A DNA stretch of 64,000 bases, taken from positions 434,001 through 498,000 of the forward strand of contig JASTWF010000069.1 of the NCBI GenBank assembly GCA_030390025.1, in the 5' to 3' direction. The notes under the pieces were generated by a model. The model saw nothing but the letters and a program-made list of their open reading frames with translations. It had not been told where the DNA came from and searched no databases. Shown piece by piece: positions 40,041 to 54,289 of the stretch (the first letter of the stretch is position 1; the number at the start of each line of letters is the position of its first letter). The translations under genes were made by a program, and so were the position numbers. The stretch comes from Squalus acanthias. Taxonomy: Eukaryota.

Positions 40041-42057
40041 ATCATGATCTCATTGAATGGTGGAGCAGGCTCGAGGGGCCGAATGGCCGACTCCTGCTCC
40101 TATGTCTTATGTTCTTATGTACAGGCACATCCATCACTCCAAGGCGTTGCTTACATTGAATTTTTCTGCTGTTTCTTTGAAATGTGTACAACAGAGCTGA
40201 GGCGACCAAGTATCTGGCTTTCAACCTAGAATCCTAGAATTTATGGTTGGTGAGGAGAGGTTGGAAAAGTTGGGACTGTTCTCCTTGGAACGGAGAAGGT
40301 TAAGAGGAGACCGAATAGAGTTTTTCAAGATGAGGAGAGGTTGGGATAGAGGAGATGGAGAAAAACGATTCCCTCTGGCGAGTGGGTCAATAACCAGAGG
40401 TCAGAGATTCCAAATCATTGGCCGAAGGTCTAGAGGGGAGATGAGGAGAAGTGTTCTCACTCCGAGAGTTGTGGGGGTCGGGAACGCTCGACCTGATAAG
40501 GTTGGTGGAAGCTGATTCCATCGATAATTTGAAAAGGGAGTTGGAGGGGTTCTCGAGGATGAGGAGCTCACAGGGTCACGGACAAAGAGCGGGGGGATGA
40601 GGGACTGAGCAGGACTGCTCCTTCAAAGAGCCGGCACAGGCACGATGGGCCGAATGGCCTCCTTCTCCGCTGTGAGTTTCTGCGATTCGATCAAGTTGCA
40701 GCACAGAAGGCGGTCACTGCACCTTTGTTCATTCTCGGGATGTGGGCGTCGCTGGCAAGGCCAGCATTTATTGCCCATCCCTAGTTGCTCGAAGAATCAT
40801 AGCATCATAGAAATTCTCGGCACAGGAGGAGGCCAGTCGGCCCGTCGTGTCCGCGCCTGCCGAGAAAGAGCCATCCGGCCCAATCCCACTTTCCAGCTCT
40901 CAGTCCACAGCCCTGTAGGTTACAGCACTTCCAGTGCGTATCCAAGTACTTTTTAAAAGCGAGGGAGTGTTCTCCCCGGTGTCCCGGTTCCAATGTTGAT
41001 CCCTCAACCAACAGCACTAAAGAACAGAGGATCTGGGTCATTATCGCACTGCTGTTTGTGGGAGCTTGCTGTGCGCAAATTGGCTGCCGCATTTCCCACA
41101 TTACAACAGTGACCACACTTCAAAAAAAACACTTCATTGGCTGTGAAGCGCTTTGGGACGTCCTGAGGTGGTGAAAGGCGCTGGAGAAATGCAAGATCTT
41201 TCTTTTCAACAGACAACAACAACTTGTATTTATATAGCACCTTTAACGTAGTAAAACGTCCCAAGGTGCTTCACAGGAGTATTATAAGACAAAAAATTTG
41301 ACACCGAGCCACATGAGGAGATATTAGGACGGGCGACCAAAAGCTCGGTCAAAGAGGTAGGTTTTAAGGAGCGTCTTAAAGGAGGAGAGAGAGGCGGAGA
41401 GGTTTAGGGAGGGAATTCCAGAGCTCGGGGCCCAGGCGGCTGAAGGCACGGCCGCCAATGGTGGAGCGATGGAAATCGGGGGATGCTCAAGAGGGCAGAA
41501 TTAGAGGAGCGCAGAGATCTCGGGGGGGTTGTAGGAGGTTACAGAGATAGGGAGGGGGGGGCGAGGAGACCATGGAGGGATTTGAGAACAAGGATGAGAA
41601 TTTTGAAATCGAGGCGCTGCTTAACCGGGAGCCAGTGTGGGTCAGCGAGCACAGGGGTGATGGGTGAACGGGACTTGGTGTGAGTTCGGACACGGGGCAG
41701 CAGAGCTTTGGGTGACCTCAAGTTTACGTAGGGTAGAACGTGGGAGGCCAGCCAGGAGTGCGCTGGAATAGTCAAGTCTAGAGGTAACAAAGGCTGAAGC
41801 CTCTCATCCCTGGTACCATTTGTTTTGTGAGTTTCCCTTCAGCCTTCTCCGTGGCTTGAACATCCTTCCTAAGGCAAGGTAGCCGACAATTTAAAACCAG
41901 AATGGAGAAGCAAAGTTTCAAAAAGTCACTGTGCACATTTAACCAGCCTGAACTTGCTGCAATACCACCTGGCCGACAGCAGAGGGCGAGCTAACAGTCC
42001 CCTCTAGTGGCCGAGCGGGGTACTACAACAGTTTGTCCACTGTTTTCTTCAGATTCA

Positions 42058-42845
42058 ATCAGAGAATCTCACAGCACAGAAGGAGCCCATTCAGCCCACC
42101 CTGCCTGTGCCGGCTCTTTGAAAGAGCTCTCCAATTAGCCCCGCTCCCCACCCCACCGCTGTTCTTTCCCCCGTAGCCCTGCAAATCTTTCCTTTTCAAG
42201 TATTTCTCCAATTCCCCTTTTGAAAGCTACTATTGAATCTGCTTCCACCGCCCTTTCAGGCAGCGCGTTCCAGATCACAACAACTCGCTGCGTAAAAAAC
42301 ATTCCCCTCATCTCCCCCTCTGGTTCTTTTGCCGATTATCTTCAATCTGTGTCCTCTGGTTACCGACCCTCCTGCCACTGGAAACAGTTTCTCCTTATTT
42401 AATCTATCAAAACCCCTCATGATTTTGAACACCTCTATTAAATCTGCTCTAAGGAGAACAACCCCAGCTTCTCCAGTCTCTCCACATCACTGAAGTCCCT
42501 CATCCCTGGTTCCGTTCTGGTCAATCTCTTCTGCACCCTCTCCAAGGCCTTGACATCCTTCCTAAAGTGTGCGGGGCCCAGAATTGAACGCAATACTCCA
42601 GCTGAGGCCTAACCAGTGTTTTATAAAGGGTTGAACATAACTTCCTTGCTTTTGGACTCGATCCTCTAAAAGGATTCCGTAGGCTTTTTTAACAGCCTTC
42701 TCAACCTGTCCTGCCACCTTCAAAGATTGGTGCACATACACCCCGAGGTCTCTCTGTTCCTGCACACCCTTTAAAATTGTTCCATTTAGTTTATATTGCC
42801 TCTCCTCATTCTTCCCACCAAAATGTGTCACTTCACACTTTACTG
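42058..42845 (-). mobile_element. CR1 3' fragment
   Basis: HFGGKN…DLGVYVHQSLK; tail. Confidence 0.85.
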
Positions 42846-44292
42846 CATTTCTCCAGTGCCTTTCACCACCTCAGGACGTCCCAAAGCGCTTCACAGCCAA
42901 TGAAGCACTTTTGAAGTGTGGTCACTGTTGTAATGTAGGAAACACGGCCGCCAATTTGTGCACAGCAAGATCCCACAGACAGCAATGTGATAATGACCAG
43001 ATCATCTGTTTTTTAGTGATGTTGATTGAGGGATAAATATTGGTCCCAGGACACCACAGAGAATTCCCCCCTGCTCTTCTTCCAATTAGTGGCCGTGAGA
43101 TTTTTTACATCCACCTGAGAGGGCAGATGGGGCCTCGGTTTAACCTCTCATCCGAAAGACGGCATCTCCACCAGTGCAGCACTCCCTGAGTCCTGCCCCT
43201 CCGACAGTGCGGCGCTCCCTGAGTCCCGCCCCTCTGACTGTGCGGCGCTCCCTCAGTACTGCCCCTCCGACAGTGCGGCGCTCCCTCAGTACTGCCCCTC
43301 CGACAGTGCAGCAATCCCTCAGTACTGCCCCTCCGACAGTGCGGCGCTCCCTCAGTACTGCCCCTCCGACAGTGCGGCGCTCGCTCAGTACTGCCCCTCC
43401 GACAGTGCAGCGCTCCCTCAGTACTGCCCCTCCGACAGTGCAGCACTCCCTCAGTATTGCCCCTCCGACAGAGCAGCACTCCCTCAGTACTGCCCCTCCG
43501 ACAGTGCTGCGCTCCCTCAGTACTGCCCCTCCGACAGTGCAGCGCTCCCTCAGTACTGCCCCTCCGACAGTGCAGCGCTCCCTCAGTACTGCCCCTCTGA
43601 CAGTGCAGCACCTCCTCAGTACTGCCCCTCCGACAGTGCGGTGCTCCCTCAGTACTGGCCATCTGACAGTGCGGCGCTCCCTCGGTACTGCCCCTCCGAC
43701 AGTGCGGCGCTCCCTCGGTACTGCCATCCGACAGTGCGGCGCTCCTTCAGTACTGCCCCTCCGACAGTGCGGCGCTCCCTCGGTACTGCCCCTCCGACAG
43801 TGCGCCGCTCCCTCGGTACTGCCCCTCCGACAGTGCGGCGCTCCCTCAGTACTGGCCATCCGACAGTGCAGTACACCCTCAGTACTGCCCCTCCGATAGT
43901 GCGGCGCTCCCTCAGAACTGCCCCTCCGACAGTGCAGTGCTCCGTCCGTACTGCCCCTCCGACAGTGCAGCGCTCCCTCAGTACCGCCCCTCCGACAGTG
44001 CGGCGCTTCCTCAGTACTGCCCCTCCCACAGTGCGGTGCTCCCTCCGTACTGCCCCTCCGACAGCGCAGCACTCCCTCAGTACTGCCCCTCCGACAGTGC
44101 GGCGCTCCCTCAGTACTGCCCCTCCGACAGTGCGGCCCTCCCTCAGTACTGCCCCTCCTGACAGTGCAGCGCTCCCTCAGTACTGTACTGGGAGTGTTAG
44201 CCTGGATTTTGTGCTCAAGTTCTCTGGAGTGGGACTTGAACCCACAACCTTCTGACTCAGAGGCGAGAGTGCTACCCACTGAGCCACGGCTG
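42845..44292 (-). mobile_element. Full-length DeuSINE with ~30-unit 33-bp array; inverted paralog of 2229-3045
   Basis: Same head and same 5' flank as the 2229 copy in reverse complement, but a longer array (~43170-44185). Confidence 0.8.
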
Positions 44293-44659
44293 ATGCCTCA
44301 ATTTGAGAGTTCTCTGGACATTGTGAACAGGATCCCCACAAGTCATCTTCAGGAGGAGAATGTGCAGTAAATTAAGATGCAGAAACTCTTCACCATGAAG
44401 TACTCTCTCTCTCTCCACCTCGTCAAACACAGCGAGCTAACCCATCCTCTGTTCAAAAGAAACTGCTTGAAAATAAATGGATGGATAAGTTTAATTTCCG
44501 GAAAGGGTCACTAACTAAACTTCTTTAACCGGATTTGTTTCAAACCCCGCTCTTTCGGAGGATATCAATTTATTGCATCATATGTATTTATAGGGGAGTT
44601 TAAAAAGATCACAGGGTTTTCTGAGGGCGGTTTTATCACAATCTGAGGGCTTTCTATTG

Positions 44660-45840
44660 TAATTCATAGATTCATAGATATTTACAGCACAGAAGGAGGC
44701 CATTCGACTCACCGTGTCTGTGCCGGCCGAATGAGCTATCCAGTCTAATCCCACTTTCCAGCTCTTGGTCCATGGCCCTGTAGGTTACGGCACTTCAAGT
44801 GCATATCCAAGAACTTTTTAAATGCAATGAGGGTTTCTGCCTCTACCACCCTTTCAGGCAGTGAGTTCCAGACCCCCACCACCCTCTGGGTGAAAAAAGT
44901 TCTCCTCAACTCCCCTCTAATCCTTCGACCAATTACTTTAAATCACTGCCCCCTGGTTATTGACCTCTCTGCTAGGGGAAATAGGTCCTTCCTATCCACT
45001 CTATCTAAGCCCCTCATCATTTTATACACCTCAATTAGGCTCCCCTCAGCCTCCTCCGTTCCAAAGAAAACAATCCCAGCCTATCCAATCTTTCTAAGGA
45101 TAAGGGGCAAGCCATTTAGGACTGAGATGAGGAGGAATTTCTTCACCCAGAGAGTGGTGAACCTGTGGAATTCTCTGCCACAGAAGGCAGTTGAGGCCAA
45201 TTCATTAAATAGATTCAAGAAGGAGTTAGATATATTTCTTAAGGCTAAAGGGATCAAGGGATGTGGGGAGAAAGCAGGGACAGGGTACTGAATTTGGATG
45301 ATCAGCCATGATCTCATTAAATGGCGGAGCAGGCTCGAGGGGCCGAATGGCCTACTCCTGCTCCTATCTTCTATGTTTCTATGTTTCCTCATAGCTGAAA
45401 TTCCCCAGCCCAGGCAACATCCTTATCTTGCGTAGCAACCTTTTATGTGGCACTTTATCGAATGCCTTTTGGAAATCCAAATATACCATGTCCATTGGTT
45501 CCCCTTTATCTACCCTGCTAGTTACCTCCTCAAAAAACTCGAATAAATTTGTCAAACACGATTTCCCTTTCATAAAACCATGTTGACTCTGCCTAATCAT
45601 ATTATGATTTTTTAAGTGCCCTGTTACCACTTCCTTAATAATGGATTCCAGCATTTTCCCGACGACTGATATCAGGCTAACTGGTCTGCAGTTCCCGGTT
45701 TCATCCCTCCCTCCTTTCTTGAATAGCGGGGTTACATTTGCTCCCTTCCAATCCCCTGGGACCGTTCTAGAATCTAGGGAATTTTGGAAGATCACACCCA
45801 ATGCATCGACTATCTCTGCACCACCTCCTTTACAACCCTA
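44660..45840 (-). mobile_element. CR1 fragments with a nested + strand CR1 3' end (~45093-45384)
   Basis: RT motifs (QHGFMKGKSCLTNL, YLDFQKAFDKVPH); the nested piece is absent from the paralog at ~1420-1440. Confidence 0.8.
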
Positions 45841-47165
45841 GAAGTGTAAACTGAAATTGTAGATGGGAAATTGGCCCATCACATCTCGCCACTAGAATTG
45901 CTTCAATACAAAGCTTTGACTGTAGCTGAAAACATCAGGTCAAGTGGACATCAAAGTGTTTTATTTTGCTAATTTTTTGATGGTTCTGCTCTGTTTTAAC
46001 CTGTATTTCTCACAAGCGGATGAATATATTGTAAATTGACTGATGATGTTGAATGTGAAAGAAAGACTCGCATTTCTCCAGCGCCTTTCACCACCTCAGG
46101 ACGTCCCAAAGCGCTTCACAGCCAATGAAGTACTTTTTTTGAAGTGTGGTCACTGATGTTAATGTAGGAAACACGGCAGCCAATTTGCGCACAGCAAGCT
46201 CCCACGAACAGCAATGTGATAATGACCAGAGAGTCTGTTTTTTAGTGATGTTGATTGAGGGATAAATATTGGCCTCAGTACGCCGGGGAGAACTCTCCCC
46301 CTGCTCTTCTTTGAAATAGTGGCCGTGGGATCTTTTACATCCACCTGAGAGGGCAGACGGAGCCCTCGGTTTAACGTCTCATCTGAAAGACGGCTGATGT
46401 CTTGTGAGGATTAAAATGAATCCTGTCAGCGATTGCAAGAGTCACTGATGATTCCCTCCCTGACACTGCTCCTGTCAATTGATTTTTTTCGTGAAATGTC
46501 GAGTTTTTCCAATTGTTCAATCGTTACTTTTAATCGGCCGATATTTATTTTTCTGAAATCTTCTATCGTGGTGAAGGTGGAAATAATCTACATTGGAGGG
46601 TGCAGTGGGGACAGGAGCTTTCATTCCTGGTTTTCTAACAAGTGAGGGCAAATTATAACACAGGTTAGGGTTAAAGCCATTGCTCACACCCTGTGTATTG
46701 GATTGGTGAAGAATTACTTGCACACTGTGTGGGGGTAAGATGGTGATGTTTCCTGAGAGCCGTGTCTGACACACTCGGAGGAATTTCTCTTCTCATTGAG
46801 ATCCGTTTCTCAGACAACAAGAACAGGTTTTGTTTTAATTCTATCAGGGGCAAAGCTATGTGCTGACTTGAACTGCGAGCAGGAATTGTGGTGAAATTTC
46901 CAAAATATTATCGAGAGGGATGTGTCAATAAAATTGGGTCAGTGAAACTGGCTCCTGAGTTTCCCGTGTGTCTTCTATTGATAAACATTTCGATTGAACC
47001 AGAGTTTATATTTACAAGCGAGTGACTGTGTTAAAATCTGTTCATGAGACAGGGACTGATCTGATCTGCACTCTGCAACACTGAACATCTTGATCTTACA
47101 GACACATTTTATGCCGCTTTTGTGCAGATTGAATGGTCCATTTGCTTATTTCCCAATTCACAGAT

Positions 47166-47593
47166 GGGCAACACGGTGGCATAGTGGTTAGCACTGGTGC
47201 CTCACAGCGCCAGAGACCCGGGTTCGAATCTGACCTCGGGTGACTGTCTGTGTGGAGTTTGCACATTCTCCCCGTGTCTGCGTGGGTTTCCTCCGGGTGC
47301 TCCGGTTTCCTCCCACAGTCCAAAAATGTGTGGGTTAGGTTGATTTGGCTATGATAAATTGACCCTTAGTGTTAGGGGGGATTAAATATGTGGGGTTATG
47401 GGGATAGGATGGGATATGTTAGGGGGAATTAAATACGTGGGGTTACGGGGGTAGGGTGGGATATGTGTACTGTGGGGATTAAAGCAGGGACAGGGTACTG
47501 GATTTGGATGATCAGCCATGATCGTATTGAATGGCGGAGCAGGCTCGACGGGCCGAATGGCCTACTCCTGCTCCTAGATTCTATGTTTCTATG
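47166..47593 (+). mobile_element. HE1-like V-SINE, full length (3' half also at ~21194-21450, -)
   Basis: tRNA head, V domain tgtggagtttgcacattctccccgtgtctgcgtgggtttcctccggg, CR1-like tail; absent from the paralogs at ~32450 and ~33300. Confidence 0.85.
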
Positions 47594-49729
47594 TAGGTTT
47601 CACTCTCAAACACGTGTAGGTGTGAATTTCAGTGCAGGAAGCGCACAGACCATAATAATCAGTTAAATATTAACGTCCCTGTGTAATCCAGTTCTGCTCC
47701 TTTAGATTTTCACTTTATTCCCCGTCAGTTGTGTCTGGGAACCAGGAACAAAAGATAGCCCAAAATTTGCATTAAAATCCGAGTCATCCAGTTTCGGGAT
47801 TTATCACCAGTGAGATTATCCGTCTGACCCTCTCCGTATTCCACATTTAAAATTAAATGTTCAGCCCTAAAACCGAGAGGCTTTTCCGCCTGTTCTGGGA
47901 GTGAATTGAAGGAGTGTAAAATGGTGAATTTAGCAACAATGTTTGATGGTAAATCATGATTTAGCAATCAAGGGATAGGTTGTCTGAGAAACGGATCTCA
48001 ATGAGAAGAGAAATCCCTCCGAGTGCCTCAGACACGGCTCTCAGGAAACATCACCATCTTACACCCACACAGTGTGCAAGTAATTCTTCACCAATCCAAT
48101 ACACAGGGTGTGAGCAATGGTTTTAACCCTAACCTGTGTTATAATTTGCCCTCACTTGTTAGAAAACCAGGAATGAAAGCTCCTGTCCCCACTGCACCCT
48201 CCAATGTGGATTATTTCCACCTTCACCACGATAGAAGTCTTCAGAAAAATAAATATCGGCCGATTAAAAATAACGATTGAACAATTGAAAAACTCGACAT
48301 TTCACAAACAAATCGACTCACACGAGCAGCGTCAGGGAGGGAATCATCAGTGACTCTTGCAATCTCTAAAAGGATTCATTTTAATCCTCACAAACACATC
48401 ACATTCAATATCATCAGTCAATTTACAATATATTCATCCCCTTGTGGGAAATACAGGTTTAAACAGACCAGAACAATCGAATAATTAGCAACACAAAACA
48501 CTTCCACTTGACCTGATGTTTTCAGCTACAGTCAAAGCTTTGTCTTGAAGCAATTCTAGTGGCGAGATGTGATGGGCCAATTTCCCATCTACAATTTCAG
48601 TTTACACTTTAATTGGGCGCAAATCTTCTTTGCACTTAATGTTGTTAAAAATGCAGAGAAACCAATTGCCAACCAGCCTGTTCCTGGTGGCTTGTACTGT
48701 ACACATCAGATCATAAATTAGAATAGAAACCGCCCAGATTGTGTCGGAAATCCGCCCTCAGAAAACCCTGTGATCTTTTTAAACTCCCCTATCAATACAT
48801 GTGATGCAATAAATTGATATCCTCCGAAAGAGCGGGGGCTTTAAAACAAATCCGGTTAAAGAAGTTCAGCTAGAGACCCTTTCCAGAAATTAAACTTATC
48901 CATCCATTCATTTTCAAGCAGTTTCTTTTGAACAGAGGACGGGTTAGCTCGCTGTGTTTGACGAGGTGGAGAGAGAGAGAGTACTTCATGGCAAAGAGTT
49001 TTTGAATCTGAATTTACTGCACATTCTCCTCCTGAAGATGACTTGTGGGGATCCTGTTCACAATGTCCAGAGAACTCTCGGATTAAACTGCCTCTGCACC
49101 CGGGGCTGGGCCCTGTCCTGGAATGAACAGTAATTGACATCAAAGGTCAGGCCCGGATCCACTGGATCCACAGGACAGGTGAGCCCACCGCATCAACCTG
49201 GTCTAAAATGTACAGGACCCCCAGCTAAAGTTAGCCAACCGATTCCCCAACCTTACTCGCCTATTCCCCACAAACATTCATAACTCACCCAGAACATTTG
49301 CCCGGGACAGTCGAGTCTCCGGCTCAGTCTGACACTGGTACAAGGTGTCTGCTGTGGAATATGACTCCTCCCAGGCTTCTCGCTTTCATTACCATGACTC
49401 ATCCTGTAGCAGGTGAGAAACATGTCTTCTACGTCCCCCCCTCTCACCGCCTGCTCATGTACCACACACAGACCGGAGTTCAAGGGTTGATCACCACAGC
49501 CAAAAATTTCCACATCCCCGAAAAAGAAAGTAAGACTCTTATTTTACACAGTTCTACTTTCAAACAGATGAAGTTTATCTCTATCCAAAAGAGTAAAAGC
49601 CAATCTCACTCTTTTAACTGACAAATGCTGCAGGCACTCCGAGAGAACTGCCTGATAGCGCAGTCCCTAATTATTCAGAGGAATATGATCAGGAAATTCC
49701 CAACCACAATCCTGAGCATACTGTCACTT

Positions 49730-51175
49730 CCAGTGCGGCGCTCCCTCAGTACTGCCCCTCCGACAGTGCTGCAATCCCTCAGTACTGCCCCTCCGACAGT
49801 GCGACGCTCCCTCAGTACTGCCCCTCCGACAGTGCGGCGCTCCCTCAGTACTGCCCCTCCGACAGTGCGGCGCTCCCTCAGTACTGCCCCTCCAACAGTG
49901 CAGCGCTCCCTCAGTACTGCCCCTCCGACAGTGCAGCACTCCCTCAGTATTGCCCCTCCGACATAGCAGCACTCCCTCAGTACTGCCACTCCGACAGTGC
50001 TGCGCTCCCTCAGTACTGCCCCTCCGACAGTGCAGCGCTCCCTCAGTACTGCCCCTCCGACAGTGCAGCACTCCCTCAGTACTGCCGCTCCGACAGTGCA
50101 GCACCTCCTCAGTACTGCCCCTCTGACAGTGCGGCGCTCCCTCAGTACTGGCCATCCGACAGTGCGGCGCTCCCTCGGTACTGCCCCTCCGACAGTGCGG
50201 CGCTCCCTCAGTACTGCCCCTCCGACAGACGGCGCTCCCTCAGTACTGCCCCTATGACAGTGCGGCGCTCCCTCAGTACTGCCCCTCCGACAGTGCGGCG
50301 CTCCCTCAGTACTACCCCTCCGACAGTGCGGCGCTCCCTCAGTACTGCCCCTCCGACAGTGCGGCGCTCCCTCAGTACTGGCCATCCGACAGACGGCGCT
50401 CCCTCAATCCTGCCCCTCCGACAGTGCGGCGCTCCCTCGGTACTGCCCCTCCGACAGTGCGGCACTCCCTCATTACTGGCCATCCGACAGTGCAGTACAC
50501 CCTCAGTACTGCCCCTCTGATAGCGTGGCGCTCCCTCAGAACTGCCCCTCCGACAGTGCAGCGCTCCCTCCGTACTGCCCCTCTGACAGTGCAGCGCTCC
50601 CTCAGTACTGCCCCTCTGACAGTGCGGCACTCCCTCAGTACTGCCCCTCTGACAGTGCGGCGCTCCCTCAGTACTACCCCTCCGACAGTGCTGCGCTCCC
50701 TCAGTATTGCCCCTCTGACAGTGCGGCGCTCCCTCAGTCCTACCCCTCCGACAGTGCTGCGCTCCCTCAGTACTGCCCATCCGACAGTGCGGCGCTCCCT
50801 CAGTACTACCCCTCCGACAGTGCGGCGCTCCCTCAGTACTGCCCCTCCAACAGTGCGGCGCTCCCTCAGTACTGCCCCTCCGACAGTGCAGCGCTCCCTC
50901 AGTACTGCCCCTCCGACAGTGCTGCACTCCCTCAGTACTGCCCCTCCGACAGTGCAGCGCTCCCTCAGTACTGCCCCTCCGACAGTGCAGCACTCCCTCA
51001 GTACTGCCCCTCCGACAGTGCAGCACTCCCTCAGTACTGTCCCTCCGACAGTGCAGCAGCTCCCTCAGTACTGCCCCTCCGACAGTGCAGCACTCCCTCA
51101 GTACTGCCCCTCCGACAGTGCAGCACTCCCTCAGTACTGCCCCTCCGACAGTGTAGTGCTCCCTCAGTACTGGCA
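49730..51175 (-). repeat. 33-bp minisatellite (~44 units)
   Basis: Same unit; shares variant units (e.g. tactggccatccgac) with the 43170 array. Confidence 0.95.
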
Positions 51176-51197
51176 CTGGGAAGTGTCGACCTGGTTT

Positions 51198-51533
51198 ATG
51201 ACCACGATGATTCTGGAGACCCTGGCTGCGGAGTACTGCAGGGCTCCACCTGACCTATCACGGCATCTGAATCGCATCTTCAGCAAGCCGATGGTTTGCT
51301 CGATAATGGATCTGGTGGAAATGTGGCTGGAGTTGTAGCGCTCCTCAGCTTCATTGGATGGCCTCCTCAACAGCGTCATTAGCCACGTCTTCAGGGGATA
51401 GCCCGTGTCTCCAAGTAGCCATCCGAAAAGTTGGTCTGGCGGACTGAAGAGCGGAGGCACACCAGACTGGCGCAGGATGAAGGAGTCATGGCAACTGCCA
51501 GGGTACTTGGTGCAAACATGCAAAATTTCCTTA
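51198..51533 (-). mobile_element. Harbinger (HARBI1-like, DDE_Tnp_4) transposase fragment
   Basis: [11 protein letters not shown]…[10 protein letters not shown]…[25 protein letters not shown]. Confidence 0.85.
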
Positions 51534-51675
51534 TTGTGGCTGGAGGAGGTTACAGAGATAGGGAGGTGGGCGAGGAGGCCATGGAGGGATTTGAACACGA
51601 GGATGAGAATTTTAAAATCAAGGCGTTGCTGGACCGGGAACCAATGTAGGTCAGCGAGCGACAGGAGGGTGATGG

Positions 51676-52578
51676 GTGATTGGCCGTGTGGTTGATAGTG
51701 AGGAAGAAAGCTGTGGACTGCAGGAAGATATCAATGGACTGGTCAGGTGGGCAGAGAAGTGGCAAATGGAATTCAAACTGGAGAAGTGTGAGGTAATGCA
51801 TTTGTGGAGGGCTAACAAGGCAAGGGAATACACAATAAATGGTAGGATACTGAGACTTGTAGAGGAACAGAGGCTCCTTGGAGTGCATGTCCACAGATCC
51901 CTGAAGGTAACAGGACAGGTAGATAAGGTGGTTAAGAAGGCATACGGGATACTTTCCTTTATTAGCCGAGGCATAGAATATAAGAGCAGGGAGGTTTTGC
52001 TTGAATTGTATAAAACACTAGTTAGGCCACAGCTAGAGTACTGTGTACAGTTCTGGTCACCACATTACAGGAAAGACGTGATTGCACTGGAGAGGGTACA
52101 GAGGAGATTTACGAGGATGTTGCCAGGACTGGAGAATTTTAGCTATGAGGAAAGATTGGATAGGCTGGGGTTGTTTTCTTTGGAACAGAGGAGGCTGAGG
52201 GAAGACTTAATTGAGGTGTATAAAATGATGAGGGGCTTAGATAGAGTGGATAGGAAGGACCTATTTCCCCTAGCAGAGAGGTCAATAACCAGGGGGCAGA
52301 GATTTAAAGTAATTGGTAGAAGGATTAGAGGGGAGTTGAGGAGAACTTTTTTCACCCAGAGGGTGGTGGGGGTCTGGAACTCACTGCCTGAAAGGGTGGT
52401 AGAGGCAGAAACCCTCATCACATTTAAAAAGTACTTGGATATGCACTTGAAGTGCCGTAACCTACAGGGCCATGGACCAAGAGCTGGAAAGTGGGATTAG
52501 GCTGGATAGCTCATTCGGCCGGCACAGACACGGTGAGTCGAATGGCCTCCTTCTGTGCTGTAAATTTCTATGATTCTC
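51676..52578 (+). mobile_element. CR1 3' fragment
   Basis: 274-aa RT C-terminal ORF plus tail. Confidence 0.9.
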
Positions 52579-53006
52579 TGAAAGTTTCACGACGTAATCT
52601 CTCCTGTACAGAGAACAGTCTCACTCTATTGTTACGATAATTAATGCATATTATGTCCCTGAAAACAAAACTGAGGCAACATCGTGTCGAGGCTTGCCCT
52701 GATCTCAGTGTGTGGCTCCTAATAATCTCTATGTTCGATATTAAAGAAAGACTTATTATCGTAGATCCTCATGGATGCCCAGTTTTGAGCCGCTAGATCT
52801 GTTCCGAATCTATCCCATTTAGCACGGTGGTAGTGCCACACAACACGATGGAGGGTGTCCTCAGTGTGAAGACGGGACTTGGTCTCAACAAGGACTGTGC
52901 GGTGGTCACTGCTACCAATACTGTCACACACAAATACAGACACACAAACCGAAGCATCCTTCATCGGTGCGACCTCCTCAGAGTGAGATTACTAATTGAA
53001 AGAAAG

Positions 53007-53513
53007 AATGTCAAGGCCTTGGAGAGGGTGCGGAGGAGATTTACGAGAATGGTTCCAGGGATGAGGGACTTCAGTTACGTGGATAGACTGGAGAAGCTGG
53101 GGTTGTTCTCCTTGGAGCAGAGAAGGTTAAGAGGAGATTTGATAGAGGTGTTCAAAATCATGAGGGGTCTGGACAGAGTAGATAGAGAGAAACTGTTCCC
53201 ATTGGCGGAAGGGTCGAGAACCAGTGGACACAGATTTAAGGTGACTGGTAGAAGAACCAAAGGTGACATGGGGGAAAACTATTTTACGCAGCGAGTGGTG
53301 AGGATCTGGAATGCTCTGCCTGAAAGGGTGGTGGAGGCAGATTCAACCGTGGCTTTCAAAAGGGAATTGGATAAGTACCTGAAGGAAACAAAATTCACGG
53401 GGATACGGGGAAAGGGCGGAGGAGTGGGACTAGCTGAAGTGCTCTTGCAGAGAGCCGGCACGGGCTCGACGGGCCGAATGGCCTCCTACTGTGCTGTAAC
53501 CATTCTATGATTC
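53007..53513 (+). mobile_element. CR1 3' fragment
   Basis: LERVRRRFTRMVPG…RVVRIWNALP. Confidence 0.85.
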
Positions 53514-54289
53514 TGACCCTCCGAGATCTCTGCTCTCCTCCAATTCTGGCCTCTTGCGCATCCCCCGATTTTAATCGCTACACCATTGGTGGCCGTGCCT
53601 TCAGCTGCCTGGGCCCCAAGCTCTGGAATTCCCTCCCTAAACCTCTCCGCCTCTCTTTTCACCTTTAAGACGCTCCTTAAAACCTACCTCTTCGGCCAAG
53701 TTTTTGGTCACCTGTCCTAATATCTCCTTATGTGGCTCGGTGTCAAATTTAGTCTGATAATTGCTCCTGTGCAGCGCCTTGGGACGTTTTACTACGTTAA
53801 AGGCACTATATAAATGGAAGTTGTTGTTGTTGTTTTGGTTCCTGTATTAATGGTGCTCAGCCAGGAGATGGCGGTGTTGTCCAGCTCAACGGGCCAATGG
53901 TAAACAGAGCACCAGCACCACCCGGTGGACGAAGGGCGGTATTGCAGGGACACCCTGGGGCAACATTAAAGAAAGACTCGCATTTCTCCAGCGCCTTTCA
54001 CCACCTCAGGACGTCCCAAAGCACTTCACAGCCAATGAAGTACCTTTTTTGAAGTGCAGTCACTGTTGTAATGTAGGAAACGCGGCAGCCAATTTGTGCA
54101 CAGCAAGCTCCCACAAACAGCAATGTGATAATGACCGGATAATCTGTTTTAGTGATGTTGATTGAGGGATAAATATTGGCCCCAGGACACCGGGGAGAAC
54201 TCGCCTGCTCTTCTTCCAATAGTGGCCGTGGGATCTTTTAGGTCCACCTGAGAGGGCAGACGGGGCCTCGGTTTAAACTCTGTTAGAAA

